In this document: piece by piece, positions 32,687 through 42,362 of the stretch
Layout of the letters: every line of letters starts with the position of its first letter
Position numbering within the stretch: the first letter of the stretch is position 1
Origin: an uncultured bacterium
GTDB taxonomy: Bacteria > Babelota > Babeliae > Babelales > Vermiphilaceae
Direction of reading: 5' to 3'
DNA: 64,000 nucleotides
Assembly (NCBI GenBank): GCA_963713925.1
Contig: OY970212.1
Span: 1,216,001 to 1,280,000 of the forward strand
Program-made: the position numbers and the translations under genes
Notes under the pieces: generated by a model
Databases searched by the model: none
Told to the model about the DNA's origin: nothing
Seen by the model: only the letters and a program-made list of their open reading frames with translations

Positions 32687-33090
32687 AGGTCCCGATCCGG
32701 AGAAAATGCGTTTTCGATATAGGTTATTGTATGGCTTCCCAACTGCCCTTCTACAATGGCCACATCAAAGCGATAGCTCGTGGGTTTTGTGGTGTAGGAA
32801 TTGATAAACAGATAAGCTGCCGATGCAACCCGATTTTGTTTTGAGACAGTAATAAGATCGGTATGATCAAACCATGCTTTGGTTCGTTGCTTAACCTCAA
32901 CAAACACCACCAGGTCACCCTTGTGCATGATCAAATCAACTTCGCCCGTTTTGGTGCGATAGCTATGTTCCAAAAGCGCAAAGCCGTTTGATTCCATGTG
33001 CGCGGCCACGAGCAATTCAGCCTGAGCCCCTTGAGTTAGCCGAGTCCCAAACCCTTCAGGTTTACGACTCGGAGCCAGAGTGCGTTTCAT
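32683..33090 (-). CDS. yraN: YraN (UPF0102) endonuclease-like protein
   Basis: GEVDLI, VFVEVK, RFDV and IENAF. Confidence 0.9.
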   Translation of the reverse strand: MKRTLAPSRKPEGFGTRLTQGAQAELLVAAHMESNGFALLEHSYRTKTGEVDLIMHKGDLVVFVEVKQRTKAWFDHTDLITVSKQNRVASAAYLFINSYTTKPTSYRFDVAIVEGQLGSHTITYIENAFSPDRDL

Positions 33091-33093
33091 GAC

Positions 33094-34068
33094 TTAAAAG
33101 CGGTCAACCATGGAGACTTTTGTTTCCTGCGCGTCTTGCTCAGGCACTTCAAAGGCTGTTTCTTCTAAATATTTTTTAATGGCATCGCTATTTTGCGCAA
33201 CGACCGACAACTGCGGAGCCTCGGTAGGGAAAAGTTTTGCAAAAGCGTCTTGCTTGCTGATGTTATGATATTCCGCAAATTTCGCTGCAATTTCATCTTT
33301 TTTGATTGCTAATTCAGTGTGCAAAAGCGCCACTTTTTCATGAATGTCAGGAATAATGGAGGTATAATTGCGCTCGATTGATTCAAGCCGTTTTTGAGCT
33401 GCAATGCAATTGCCCTTGATATTGAGGTAATAATCAAAAACATATCGCTCATGATCGAACAAGCGATTATAACATTGAGATTGTATAGATTTTACTTGGT
33501 CTTTAAAAAGCGTGAACGCATCTTGCCGAACCAAGAATTCTTGCGTCAATTTAATAGTATCTTGTGTCTTGGTTTGGTCGCGATCAAGCGCTAAAATGCT
33601 GTAAAAGCTGCACAAAATGGCTTGATAAAAGGCATATTCGGTTTTGTCTGAACTTGGATATAAAAAGGTATATTCTTCATACATCTTCTGAGCGATCTTT
33701 AGGTTGCCATATTTAAAGTTCAAATCTGCAAGCTCAACCATAAGTTGGGCCTTCTTTTCAAGATCGTCGCAGAGTGGGACCATTTTTTCGACATACTTAA
33801 TGGCAGTAAAGAAATCGTTTAATACGACCAACTCATTTTTACGAGCCTCAAGCTCAATTAGGTTCATGTACCGCATGGTTTTGTGCTCAACCTTAGGACG
33901 AGCATCACGATTCTCTTTGCGCTTCGTTCTGCCGCCTTTAAAATGTTTGTTTTCAGAAAAAGAGCTTGAGATTTGTTGTGCAACCCCAGCCGTTTCACCA
34001 GGTAAAAGCACCGTGTTTGATAAAATAAAAAGAGCAAAAATAAGTTGCGATAGTGGTATATAGTTCAT
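33094..34068 (-). CDS. bamD: BamD/YfiO-like TPR outer-membrane assembly protein
   Basis: YP.S...YA.Y and DRDQT.T..I...F motifs; start reassigned to ATG 34068. Confidence 0.7.
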   Translation of the reverse strand: MNYIPLSQLIFALFILSNTVLLPGETAGVAQQISSSFSENKHFKGGRTKRKENRDARPKVEHKTMRYMNLIELEARKNELVVLNDFFTAIKYVEKMVPLCDDLEKKAQLMVELADLNFKYGNLKIAQKMYEEYTFLYPSSDKTEYAFYQAILCSFYSILALDRDQTKTQDTIKLTQEFLVRQDAFTLFKDQVKSIQSQCYNRLFDHERYVFDYYLNIKGNCIAAQKRLESIERNYTSIIPDIHEKVALLHTELAIKKDEIAAKFAEYHNISKQDAFAKLFPTEAPQLSVVAQNSDAIKKYLEETAFEVPEQDAQETKVSMVDRF

Positions 34069-34354
34069 TAAGATGTTCCTTGGTATCAGGCGAGTGTCAT
34101 TACGATTTTCTGGAAACACCCGTCTTTTGCCAATATACCTATAAAAAAAGGCTCCTGCAAACCCACCCGGAAGAAGTCCCTTGCTATTTGAGCTTATATT
34201 ATTGTGACATTCTCTGTCCAATCAAAACAAGCCGCAATTTCAAGAGTATGCGAACCCTGGAATTGCAAGGTACATATGGTGGGTGATATTTTACGTGATC
34301 ATTTCTGTGGCGTTTATCGATGACGTTTCTCTATTGATCAATAGGCTAAAAACA

Positions 34355-34391
34355 ACGCACCTGCAAGCGTAAAATAAGTTTGCAGGTGCGT
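34355..34391. terminator. Hairpin terminator downstream of 34412-34885
   Basis: ACGCACCTGCAAGC..GTTTGCAGGTGCGT, followed by a U-rich tract on the minus strand. Confidence 0.65.
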
Positions 34392-34411
34392 CGTCTGTAA
34401 TTGCAACGAAT

Positions 34412-34885
34412 TTATTTTTGCATGTATGGCTGGAGCGCATTTTTAAAAGCTTCGAATCTCGCCTTGGCAAGATCGCCTTTATCAACGCCAACAAGATCCC
34501 ATTCCTTATCTTGTGCTATTGCGTTCGCTTTTGCTTCCATTTGTTTCAAAAATTTTTCTGCGCTCAAGGGAGCGCGGCCTAATCTTTTACGCACATCATT
34601 CATCCTAAGAAACATCATTTCAGGTTTGTCAAAATCAGACTCATCCCGTTTAGTTACAAACGTTGTAATCGAATATGCAACCTTATCAAAAATCGCTTCT
34701 TTCTTCTCATCCAACTTTTTTAATTTTTCGCTCGCGTCACGCAAAACATTAGCCCCTTCAGTTTCTGACCAAGACCTATAAAGCTCATCGTTAGCGGATG
34801 TATAGGGAGTAATTTGTGAGAGTTTGTCTGCAGAAAAAATTTTTGTGTTCAACAATAAACACAAGCTCATCATCATTTTTTTCAC
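34412..34885 (-). CDS. Hypothetical secreted protein
   Basis: Signal peptide and a charged helical body. Confidence 0.6.
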   Translation of the reverse strand: MKKMMMSLCLLLNTKIFSADKLSQITPYTSANDELYRSWSETEGANVLRDASEKLKKLDEKKEAIFDKVAYSITTFVTKRDESDFDKPEMMFLRMNDVRKRLGRAPLSAEKFLKQMEAKANAIAQDKEWDLVGVDKGDLAKARFEAFKNALQPYMQK

Positions 34886-35161
34886 AGCTGATTCCTTCCT
34901 TATTTCAACTCAATATTCTTGCTTGATCAATGTACTATACAACAATACCGATGCAAATTTGTCAAGCTGCCTTGGATTCAACTTACTGCTTCCTTTTGAA
35001 ATCTGAGTAAACTCTAGGCGTGCAAGCATAACTCTGTTAATGTTAAGGGAAGTTCTATTACAGAGATCATATTTTGAAAGCAAACTAATAGCTGCATTCA
35101 TAGCCTGAAAAATCAAAGATTTTGAGTTACTCAAAATCTTTGATTATAGATTGCGAGGTAC

Positions 35162-36868
35162 ATGATGAAAACAGTTGGTGATATTTTAGTTGATATGGGT
35201 ATAATCACCCCCGCCGCGCTTATCGATGCCCAATCGAAAGCACAAAGCGCGCAGCAACGACTTGAAAAGTATCTATTAGATAAAAAATTAATAACGCAAG
35301 CGCAACTAGCTCAAGCATATGCAAAGTATTCAGGATGGGAATACATAGAAAAAATTACCGATTTGATGACCGATCTTGATCTGCTTGCAAAAGTCCCGCT
35401 GAAATTTTTAAGAGATAATGCAATCATGCCACTGAGCATTGATGGCAAGCTCGTGCTCGTGGCGGCAGATCCGATTAAGTATCAACCGCTTGATGAACTT
35501 AATATGTTGCTCGGCGGTGGCGCGCGGTATGCCATTGGACCCGAGAATGTGGTGATTGACGCCATCAACAGATATTATCCGCTTGAAGGCGCAAAACAGG
35601 TTATTGCCGAACTTGAGGAAGAGGAAGAGGTTTTACCCGATGTTGAACTTTCTCACATTGAAGAAAAAGATATCACCTCAATGGCAGCAGAAGCTCCTAT
35701 TATTAAGCTCGTTAACAGCATTTTGTATCAAGCTGCAAAGCGCGGGGCATCAGATATTCACGTTGAACCATTTGAAAAAGAATTGAGCGTGCGTTATCGC
35801 ATCGACGGAGTCATGTACACCGTTATGACACCGCCAAAACGCTTACAAGGAGCGCTCATTTCTCGCATAAAAATTATGGCCAATCTTAATATCGCCGAAA
35901 AACGCCTTCCGCAAGACGGTCGTATCGATTTAAAAGTGGCGGGCAAAGCGATTGATATTCGTGTGTCTGTGTTGCCGGTTGCTTTTGGGGAACGCGTTGT
36001 TATGCGTTTACTTGATAAATCACGCAGCTTTGCAAAATTGGCAGACATTGACTTCAGCGAGCGCGATTACAAAGTCATGGAAGAAAGCATTTCAAAACCA
36101 AACGGTATTATTTACATCACCGGGCCAACAGGTTCGGGTAAAACAACCACCTTGTATTCAATTTTGGGTGAACTTAACAAACCGGAAGTGAACATCATAA
36201 CTGTCGAAGATCCGGTTGAATATCAAATGGCCGGCATTGGGCAAGTACAAGTGCGTGAAAAGGTGGGGCTTACTTTTGCCGCCGCATTGCGCTCCATTTT
36301 GCGACAAGACCCTGATATCATCATGATTGGGGAAACGCGTGATCAAGAAACTGCCCAAATTGCTATTCAATCCGCGCTGACCGGACACTTAGTGCTCAGC
36401 ACCTTACACACCAACAGCGCTCCCGCCACCATCACTCGATTAATCGACATGGGAGTTGAACCATTTTTAATAGCATCTTCGATTCACTTGGCAATGGCTC
36501 AGCGTTTGGTTAGAAAATTGTGTCCCAACTGTAAAAAAGTATATACGCCTTCTGAGCAATTGCTCAACAGCATCGGACTTTCAAAAAAAGACGCACAATC
36601 AATCACTTTTTATGAAGCAATTGGGTGTGATGAATGTTCTCAAACAGGATATCGCGGTCGCCTTGCGCTCTTTGAACTTATGTCGATGACGCCAGGCATT
36701 GCTCGACTCACCATGGAACGTGCTGACACTGCTCAATTGCGTCGACAAGCACAATCTGATGGCATGACACTTCTTGTTCAAGATGGTCTGAGAAAGATTA
36801 AGCAAGGGCTTACAACTATCGAGGAAGTCTTGTCTGTCGCTACTATTGAGCAAGAGGTCGTGGAGTAG
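35162..36868 (+). CDS. gspE: Type II secretion ATPase GspE/PilB
   Basis: MshEN-like N-terminus, ASDIHVEP, EKRLPQDGR, GPTGSGKTTTLY, LRQDPD and a tetra-Cys motif. Confidence 0.93.
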   Translation: MMKTVGDILVDMGIITPAALIDAQSKAQSAQQRLEKYLLDKKLITQAQLAQAYAKYSGWEYIEKITDLMTDLDLLAKVPLKFLRDNAIMPLSIDGKLVLVAADPIKYQPLDELNMLLGGGARYAIGPENVVIDAINRYYPLEGAKQVIAELEEEEEVLPDVELSHIEEKDITSMAAEAPIIKLVNSILYQAAKRGASDIHVEPFEKELSVRYRIDGVMYTVMTPPKRLQGALISRIKIMANLNIAEKRLPQDGRIDLKVAGKAIDIRVSVLPVAFGERVVMRLLDKSRSFAKLADIDFSERDYKVMEESISKPNGIIYITGPTGSGKTTTLYSILGELNKPEVNIITVEDPVEYQMAGIGQVQVREKVGLTFAAALRSILRQDPDIIMIGETRDQETAQIAIQSALTGHLVLSTLHTNSAPATITRLIDMGVEPFLIASSIHLAMAQRLVRKLCPNCKKVYTPSEQLLNSIGLSKKDAQSITFYEAIGCDECSQTGYRGRLALFELMSMTPGIARLTMERADTAQLRRQAQSDGMTLLVQDGLRKIKQGLTTIEEVLSVATIEQEVVE

Positions 36869-36884
36869 AACCTATCGCAAAGCT

Positions 36885-37125
36885 AAAAAAAAGAAAAAAT
36901 CTGCTCTCCGTTTTACCCATGCTTTCGCATGGGGCACTCGCTGTTCGTGGTGAGCGAAACGTAGTGCAGTCGAACCATACGAACAAAAAAATATGCATAT
37001 GGGATAGCGGGTAATGAAAAATTTTGCAAAAAAGACACAAACAAAAAAGTTCGAATGGTTCGACTACGTTGCATTTTTTCCCATGCTTTACGCATGGGGC
37101 CCGCAACTTCGCTCACCACGAACGG
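36885..37125. repeat. Composite B+C repeat plus inverted family B doublet
   Basis: Matches the 4081 and 11633 copies. 36943-37125, including its spacer, is homologous in inverted orientation to 58731-58882. Confidence 0.85.
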
Positions 37126-37139
37126 CTGGAGATTGTTTT

Positions 37140-37667
37140 ATGCCTACGATAAAAATTCAATGGAGCCTAGATCGCCTACGCCCCAGTAAATCCGGATTTA
37201 CACTCGTGGAACTCATGGTTGTGATTACTGTTGTCTGTGTGATAGCAGGCTTAGGCATACTACAGTCTTCTTCATTTGCACACATCACAGCACGTTCTGA
37301 GTTGTATAAACTACATGCCGTTTGCCGCTATCTACAATCGCTCGCTCGCACAACCGGCCATACGCAGCAGTTAGTCTTCACATGCAACGGATATCAATTT
37401 GATGGACAGGAAACAACATTTGCCTCAGGTGTTTCAATTGGATGTAAACCGGGAATATATGGCCCTCCCGGAAAGCCGACGCATGCAGTCAACGGCCCCT
37501 GCAGTTTTGCTCATAACCGAATTGATTTTCATCCTCATGGCATTATAAGCTCAGGCGTGGTATACATCAAAGGATGTGATGGTAGACAATATGCACTCAG
37601 CAACAGTGTTTCAGATATTTCTTACCTAAGAAATTATGAATATGCTGATGGTTGGCGCCAAATATAA
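37140..37667 (+). CDS. Minor pseudopilin (GspH/FimT-like)
   Basis: Prepilin site G/FTLVELMVV; GGAG RBS before ATG 37140. Confidence 0.85.
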   Translation: MPTIKIQWSLDRLRPSKSGFTLVELMVVITVVCVIAGLGILQSSSFAHITARSELYKLHAVCRYLQSLARTTGHTQQLVFTCNGYQFDGQETTFASGVSIGCKPGIYGPPGKPTHAVNGPCSFAHNRIDFHPHGIISSGVVYIKGCDGRQYALSNSVSDISYLRNYEYADGWRQI

Positions 37668-37701
37668 AACCCCATGTGAACCGGGGGAACCTCCAAATAT
37701 A

Positions 37702-37848
37702 AGAGCTTATACGAAAAATTAAGCTCTCTACCTAAAAAAGGGTTGGTTGTCATGCTGAACTTGTTTCAGCATCCAGGTTAAATAGATCCTGAAATAAATT
37801 CAGGATGACATAACAATAAGGAATTTCCGGTATTTTCTGATAAGCTCT
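37702..37848 (+). repeat. Family A ~147-bp MITE-like repeat, copy 2 (empty IS110 target site)
   Basis: Terminal IRs AGAGCTTAT/ATAAGCTCT; contains uninterrupted CTAAAAAAG-GGTTGG. Confidence 0.92.
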
Positions 37849-37855
37849 AAATTTT

Positions 37856-40561
37856 ATGCGCAGACAACTTTTTATCCTTTTTGCATCCCTTGTTCTTATT
37901 GGAATAGTGTTAGGCATCATTGCAAACATCCAAGGAAGCTCGGTACATCAATATCTTGAACAAGTCATCATCAAATCGTGCGAAAAAACACTTGAATGTC
38001 GCCTTTCAACGCGGCTGGAAAGTGTTGGCTTCTTGCACAATCAAGTAGTCCTGAAAAATTTACACGCAACTCCCATCAACAATGATAATTCGTGGGGTTG
38101 GACTTGTAAGAAACTCACGTTGTCATTTAGCCTCTGGCAATTAATAAGCAAACGATTATTCGCCTTTGCGCTTGATTGTCATGAATTCAATGTTCAAACA
38201 ACATATGACAACGGATCTTTTGGCATCACACCACATTTGAATGCATTAGCTCGAGAACCCGATTTCCCTCTTGAGATCGCGCTCACCGGATGTTCTGTCA
38301 AACCTATTAGCATTACTATAACTGACACACGGGGGAATTCGGTGAAAGCGAAAGCTCGTATTGCCGTTGCTCAAAGTGCAAAACAAGTCAAAATACGCTC
38401 ACACATTCTTGAATGCGCAATCGCAACTCCCGAGCGGACTCTTGTGTGGAATACCGCCGGATCAATTGAAGCTGTTTGCAATAAAAAAACAATTGAGAAA
38501 AATATTATTTCACGCATACAAATGAGCTGCGAACCAATCAAAGGAGTCATCGAGCAATTCTCTTTCAATCTTGATTGTAAAGATGACTGCGCCTCGTTAT
38601 CGATTCACAATCATGATACATCATTAGCTCTCGATGAATGTACTGTGCGCTTGCAACCGCATCACATCATGTGCAAAGCTCACGCGCGAATGGGAAATAT
38701 ACAACGACTCCTCGGACAACTTGGCAACAAGAAATGTAGCGCCTCAGCGAACATCGGTGCAGAAATAGATTATAAAAACGCAATCACCGCAAAGCTTCAT
38801 GCTGACGTGGAAAACATAACCCTTCTTGATATAATCATGCCGTATAAAGCCACATTAGATGCTTCCTACGAACAACAAAAAGCAAATGGAATTCTCACTA
38901 TCGCACGTGATGGCACCGACATTTGCAATATATTGGCTTCCGCTGATATGGCGCACAATGATTACCAAGCTTCTGCAGAGCTTCTCGAAGCCCAAAACAT
39001 ATACGGATACATGCTCAATTCGTGCTGTCTACAAGCAAGCTTGCATCAATGTCTTTTCAGTTCGCATCTTGAAAGCGATATCACCAATCAAAATGGTGGA
39101 CATGTTCCTCTGAATATCACACTATCCCCAAACAAAGATACCCATGAGATAGTAGGGTCGGTCGGCTCTGCGACACTTTCAGGAGAAGTTACATTAAATG
39201 AAAAAACTATGGAAGGCGAGTTGCGTCTGCATTCTGCTCAACAAAATCTTTTGGGTTCTTGCGCAGTAAGTGTAGGAGAAAAAAAGAGCTCGTGCCACGC
39301 GAATATCAATTCTTCCGGCATACAACTCTGTTTAGATCAGCTCAATCACCCTATACAAGCCGATGGAACTATTGACATACAAACAAAATTGCAAGACGAC
39401 ATCCTCTTTTTTCAAACATCATTTAACGGAATGGCTCGCCTTGGTTCGCTGCATAATTGGCTCAAAAAAATTTCGCTTGAAGGTTATTATAACTTTGAAA
39501 ACAAAACGTGTTATCTACATACATTGGATGGGGAATTGTATCGTGGCTCATTTCATATGGCAGATGCGCGATGCGTGTTGGACCAACAGTATGGTCTTGA
39601 ATATCTGCATGCGCCCATCACTCTATCGGAATGCTTGATTAACATACGAAAAGATCTCTTTACGATGATATCATCAGGCCTTGTTATTTCTTACAAAAAG
39701 CAGGAACAACCGTACATCTCAGGAACCATTTTCTTTGATAAAACGATGATTAAAGAAAATCTTTTTTCACCACAATTCATTCAATCATTGTTTCCTCAGT
39801 CAGTTGCAACAAACAAAACATTCTTTGTCGATCCTCTCTTTTCCATTGCGATACAAACAAAAGATGTTATTCACGTTAAAACACCACTTCTGGAACTTGC
39901 CGCCCACATGAGATTATCGCTCCAAGGATCTGCATCACACCCAGAACTACAAGGCCGCATTTTACTCCAATCAGGCTCACTTGCCTTCCCCTATGCGCGA
40001 TTATTGTTTTCAAAAGGTAAAATAGAATTTGCAAAAGACAGAATTACTGACCCCATCATCGAACTTCATGCACGCAACACCATAAAAAAATATAAAATCA
40101 GTTTGCAAGTCACCGGCTCGCTCAAATATCCTCATATTCTTTTGGATTCATACCCAAATCTTTCCCAAGAGCAAATTCTCTGTTTATTACTTGCCGGATC
40201 ACCTGATTCGCTCTCCGGAATTGCTCCGGCAGCGCTCCTACAAAGTATGAAATATCTTGTGCTTGATGCAGAACATGCACCATCCAAGCTGCATGCCGCT
40301 ATTCGTCAATTGTTTGCTCCATTTAAACATATCTATCTCATTCCAAGTTTTTCAGATCAAACAAGCAGAGGTGGATTGCGCGGAGCTATCGAAATTGATA
40401 TAGCGGATCGCTGGCGAGCCCTCATTCAGAAAAACTTTAGCTTGACAGAAGATACAAGACTTGAAATAGAGTATGCAATAACGGATGACATGTGGTTCCG
40501 AGCATTTCGAGACGAACGTCATGACGTTGGGGCCGAATTGGAGTTTCGGTGGAAGTTTTAA
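37856..40561 (+). CDS. tamB: TamB/AsmA-like translocation and assembly module protein
   Basis: N-terminal TM anchor and long beta-rich body; C-terminal DP.I...A, VTGSL..P.I.L.S.P.LSQEQIL.LL and LEFRWKF. Confidence 0.8.
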   Translation: MRRQLFILFASLVLIGIVLGIIANIQGSSVHQYLEQVIIKSCEKTLECRLSTRLESVGFLHNQVVLKNLHATPINNDNSWGWTCKKLTLSFSLWQLISKRLFAFALDCHEFNVQTTYDNGSFGITPHLNALAREPDFPLEIALTGCSVKPISITITDTRGNSVKAKARIAVAQSAKQVKIRSHILECAIATPERTLVWNTAGSIEAVCNKKTIEKNIISRIQMSCEPIKGVIEQFSFNLDCKDDCASLSIHNHDTSLALDECTVRLQPHHIMCKAHARMGNIQRLLGQLGNKKCSASANIGAEIDYKNAITAKLHADVENITLLDIIMPYKATLDASYEQQKANGILTIARDGTDICNILASADMAHNDYQASAELLEAQNIYGYMLNSCCLQASLHQCLFSSHLESDITNQNGGHVPLNITLSPNKDTHEIVGSVGSATLSGEVTLNEKTMEGELRLHSAQQNLLGSCAVSVGEKKSSCHANINSSGIQLCLDQLNHPIQADGTIDIQTKLQDDILFFQTSFNGMARLGSLHNWLKKISLEGYYNFENKTCYLHTLDGELYRGSFHMADARCVLDQQYGLEYLHAPITLSECLINIRKDLFTMISSGLVISYKKQEQPYISGTIFFDKTMIKENLFSPQFIQSLFPQSVATNKTFFVDPLFSIAIQTKDVIHVKTPLLELAAHMRLSLQGSASHPELQGRILLQSGSLAFPYARLLFSKGKIEFAKDRITDPIIELHARNTIKKYKISLQVTGSLKYPHILLDSYPNLSQEQILCLLLAGSPDSLSGIAPAALLQSMKYLVLDAEHAPSKLHAAIRQLFAPFKHIYLIPSFSDQTSRGGLRGAIEIDIADRWRALIQKNFSLTEDTRLEIEYAITDDMWFRAFRDERHDVGAELEFRWKF

Positions 40562-40579
40562 AAAAGTATAAGGGAAGTA

Positions 40580-41425
40580 ATGAAGCATATGGTAGTAGTA
40601 ATACTGTGCGCGTTATCGACAATAACGCCCGCAACATGGTGTATATATAACAAAACTCATTTTGTTATTGACCAGTCAGGAAATCCGGTAAAAGATGCTC
40701 AGTTGTCCCAGGGTTTGGATTCAATTGAACGCCCTCGAGAAAAAAAGAACAGTTCATATCGCGTCTTTTTCAGCCCAAATGATGATGTGCGCGCCCGCCT
40801 GATCGATTTGATCAATCACGAAAAGAAATCTATTAAAGTTTCTATTTTTATGTTCACCGATAAGGATATCGCACATGCGCTCATTAGTGCGGCGCAACGG
40901 AATGTTCAAGTGGCTGTCATTGTTGATGGAGCAGCGAGCGCTGATCGATTTAGTAAAATTGAAATGCTCAAGCGTTCCGGCATTGATGTTTTTGAATATA
41001 AACCGCAAGCCCCAACCGGTATCAACAATGATATCATGCATCACAAATTTGTAATTTTTGGATCAAATCAAGATGATTGCTCATTGCTCTGGACAGGATC
41101 ATGTAATTTCACACGATCTGCATCAGTGCGTAATCGAGAAAATGTTATCGTACTTGATGATACGGGTGTAATAGAACAATTTGAGCAAGAATTTGAGCGT
41201 CTGAAGCAAATAATTAAAAAATCATCATCCATGCTTCACTTGTCCGGGCGGTCTTACCCAAGTTCCGTTTCACTACACTTGGGGCCCAAACTTCAGCTCG
41301 GCCCTGTGCGCCATAGCTCCTACGAGCGGCGGCGTAAAGTTACGCAGGACAGGCAAGCTACACGACAAGTTCGAAAGGCAAGCAGGATAACCAAGCGATA
41401 TATCAGAAATAATGAAATATGTTGA
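40580..41425 (+). CDS. Phospholipase D/Nuc-like single-HKD protein with repeat-derived C-terminal tail
   Basis: VFFSP, MHHKFVI, WTGSCNFT and NRENV motifs; signal peptide. Confidence 0.88.
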   Translation: MKHMVVVILCALSTITPATWCIYNKTHFVIDQSGNPVKDAQLSQGLDSIERPREKKNSSYRVFFSPNDDVRARLIDLINHEKKSIKVSIFMFTDKDIAHALISAAQRNVQVAVIVDGAASADRFSKIEMLKRSGIDVFEYKPQAPTGINNDIMHHKFVIFGSNQDDCSLLWTGSCNFTRSASVRNRENVIVLDDTGVIEQFEQEFERLKQIIKKSSSMLHLSGRSYPSSVSLHLGPKLQLGPVRHSSYERRRKVTQDRQATRQVRKASRITKRYIRNNEIC

Positions 41426-41630
41426 TAGGACAATAAAAATGAGCCAAGTTGAGACGGGAATTTCAGCAGGCTTCATTACTACAATTCCTTCTTAGCTCGA
41501 TCATAATCTATTCGCCTTTTTTAAAAAAAGCAAGAAAAAAATCATTCATCGATTTTTGCTTCTATAACGAATATCCGGTAAAAAATACGTAAAAAAAAGG
41601 GGAAATGTTTTTCATTTCCCCTCTGCAACT

Positions 41631-42074
41631 TTATTGCAATAATGGAATAATATCTTTTCGGTTCAATTCTCGCGCTAACTCTAATGGTGTCTTGCCTTCA
41701 TCATCTTTAATATCTTTTTGTGCGCCGGCTGCAACCAATGCTTTTACGGCTCCACTCTGATTTCTCATGGCAGCACCATGCATTGGAGTATCACCATTTG
41801 TTGGAAGCTGCTCATTTAAGTTAACACCTTGTTTCGCAAGTTGTTTGATCTTTGCAACATCTCCGGCGATTGCCGCTTTATACAAAGCAGGCATTTCGTT
41901 TTTTGAGTATAATGCAGCAGCACGCACCGACAGTGGTGTTCGCTTATTCACATTGATCGCCGCAGCAATTTGCGTGGATAATGATGCATCCTCCGCTTGC
42001 GCCACCGCAATGCCTAAGCACATTAACACAACAAAACCTATATATAATAGGGTAATCTTATTCTGACGTTTCAT
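41631..42074 (-). CDS. Secreted ankyrin-repeat protein
   Basis: GDTPMHGAA and GKTPLELA repeats; signal peptide; AGGAGG RBS. Confidence 0.88.
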   Translation of the reverse strand: MKRQNKITLLYIGFVVLMCLGIAVAQAEDASLSTQIAAAINVNKRTPLSVRAAALYSKNEMPALYKAAIAGDVAKIKQLAKQGVNLNEQLPTNGDTPMHGAAMRNQSGAVKALVAAGAQKDIKDDEGKTPLELARELNRKDIIPLLQ

Positions 42075-42311
42075 AACATCCTCCTGATTTTTACCCAAAT
42101 TCCGTTTTCAACTTCATTTGGGACCCCACAAAATTGGATTTGGGGGTTATTTATTGGGAAAACCTCCATTTCCCCTGTCCCTGCATCTTCATTTTTTATG
42201 GTAGCATATTAAGAATGGTAAATTCAATAAAAAGTGCGTAAAAATAAGGCTTTTTTATTCTTTAGATATTAACAGTCAAATTTCAAATACAGAAAAAAGC
42301 AACTCAAACTC

Positions 42312-42341
42312 TTGCGTTTGAAATTGCTTTTTTGCTATAAT
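42312..42341 (+). promoter_or_regulatory. Sigma70-type promoter for the photolyase gene
   Basis: TTGCGT-N18-TATAAT with an extended TG element; AAGGAG RBS downstream. Confidence 0.5.
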
Positions 42342-42362
42342 GCAAGCAATTAAGGAGTTGGC

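Noticed and set aside
34069..34221. N-terminal extension of BamD
   Set aside because: The signal peptide begins at ATG 34068; the upstream region looks like structured non-coding sequence.
36843..37119. ORFs similar to 58737-58946, suggesting a small gene family
   Set aside because: The similarity comes from the shared family B doublet DNA.
37014..37139. Long N-terminal leader on the pseudopilin
   Set aside because: It is translated repeat sequence; RBS and ATG at 37140 give a normal prepilin leader.
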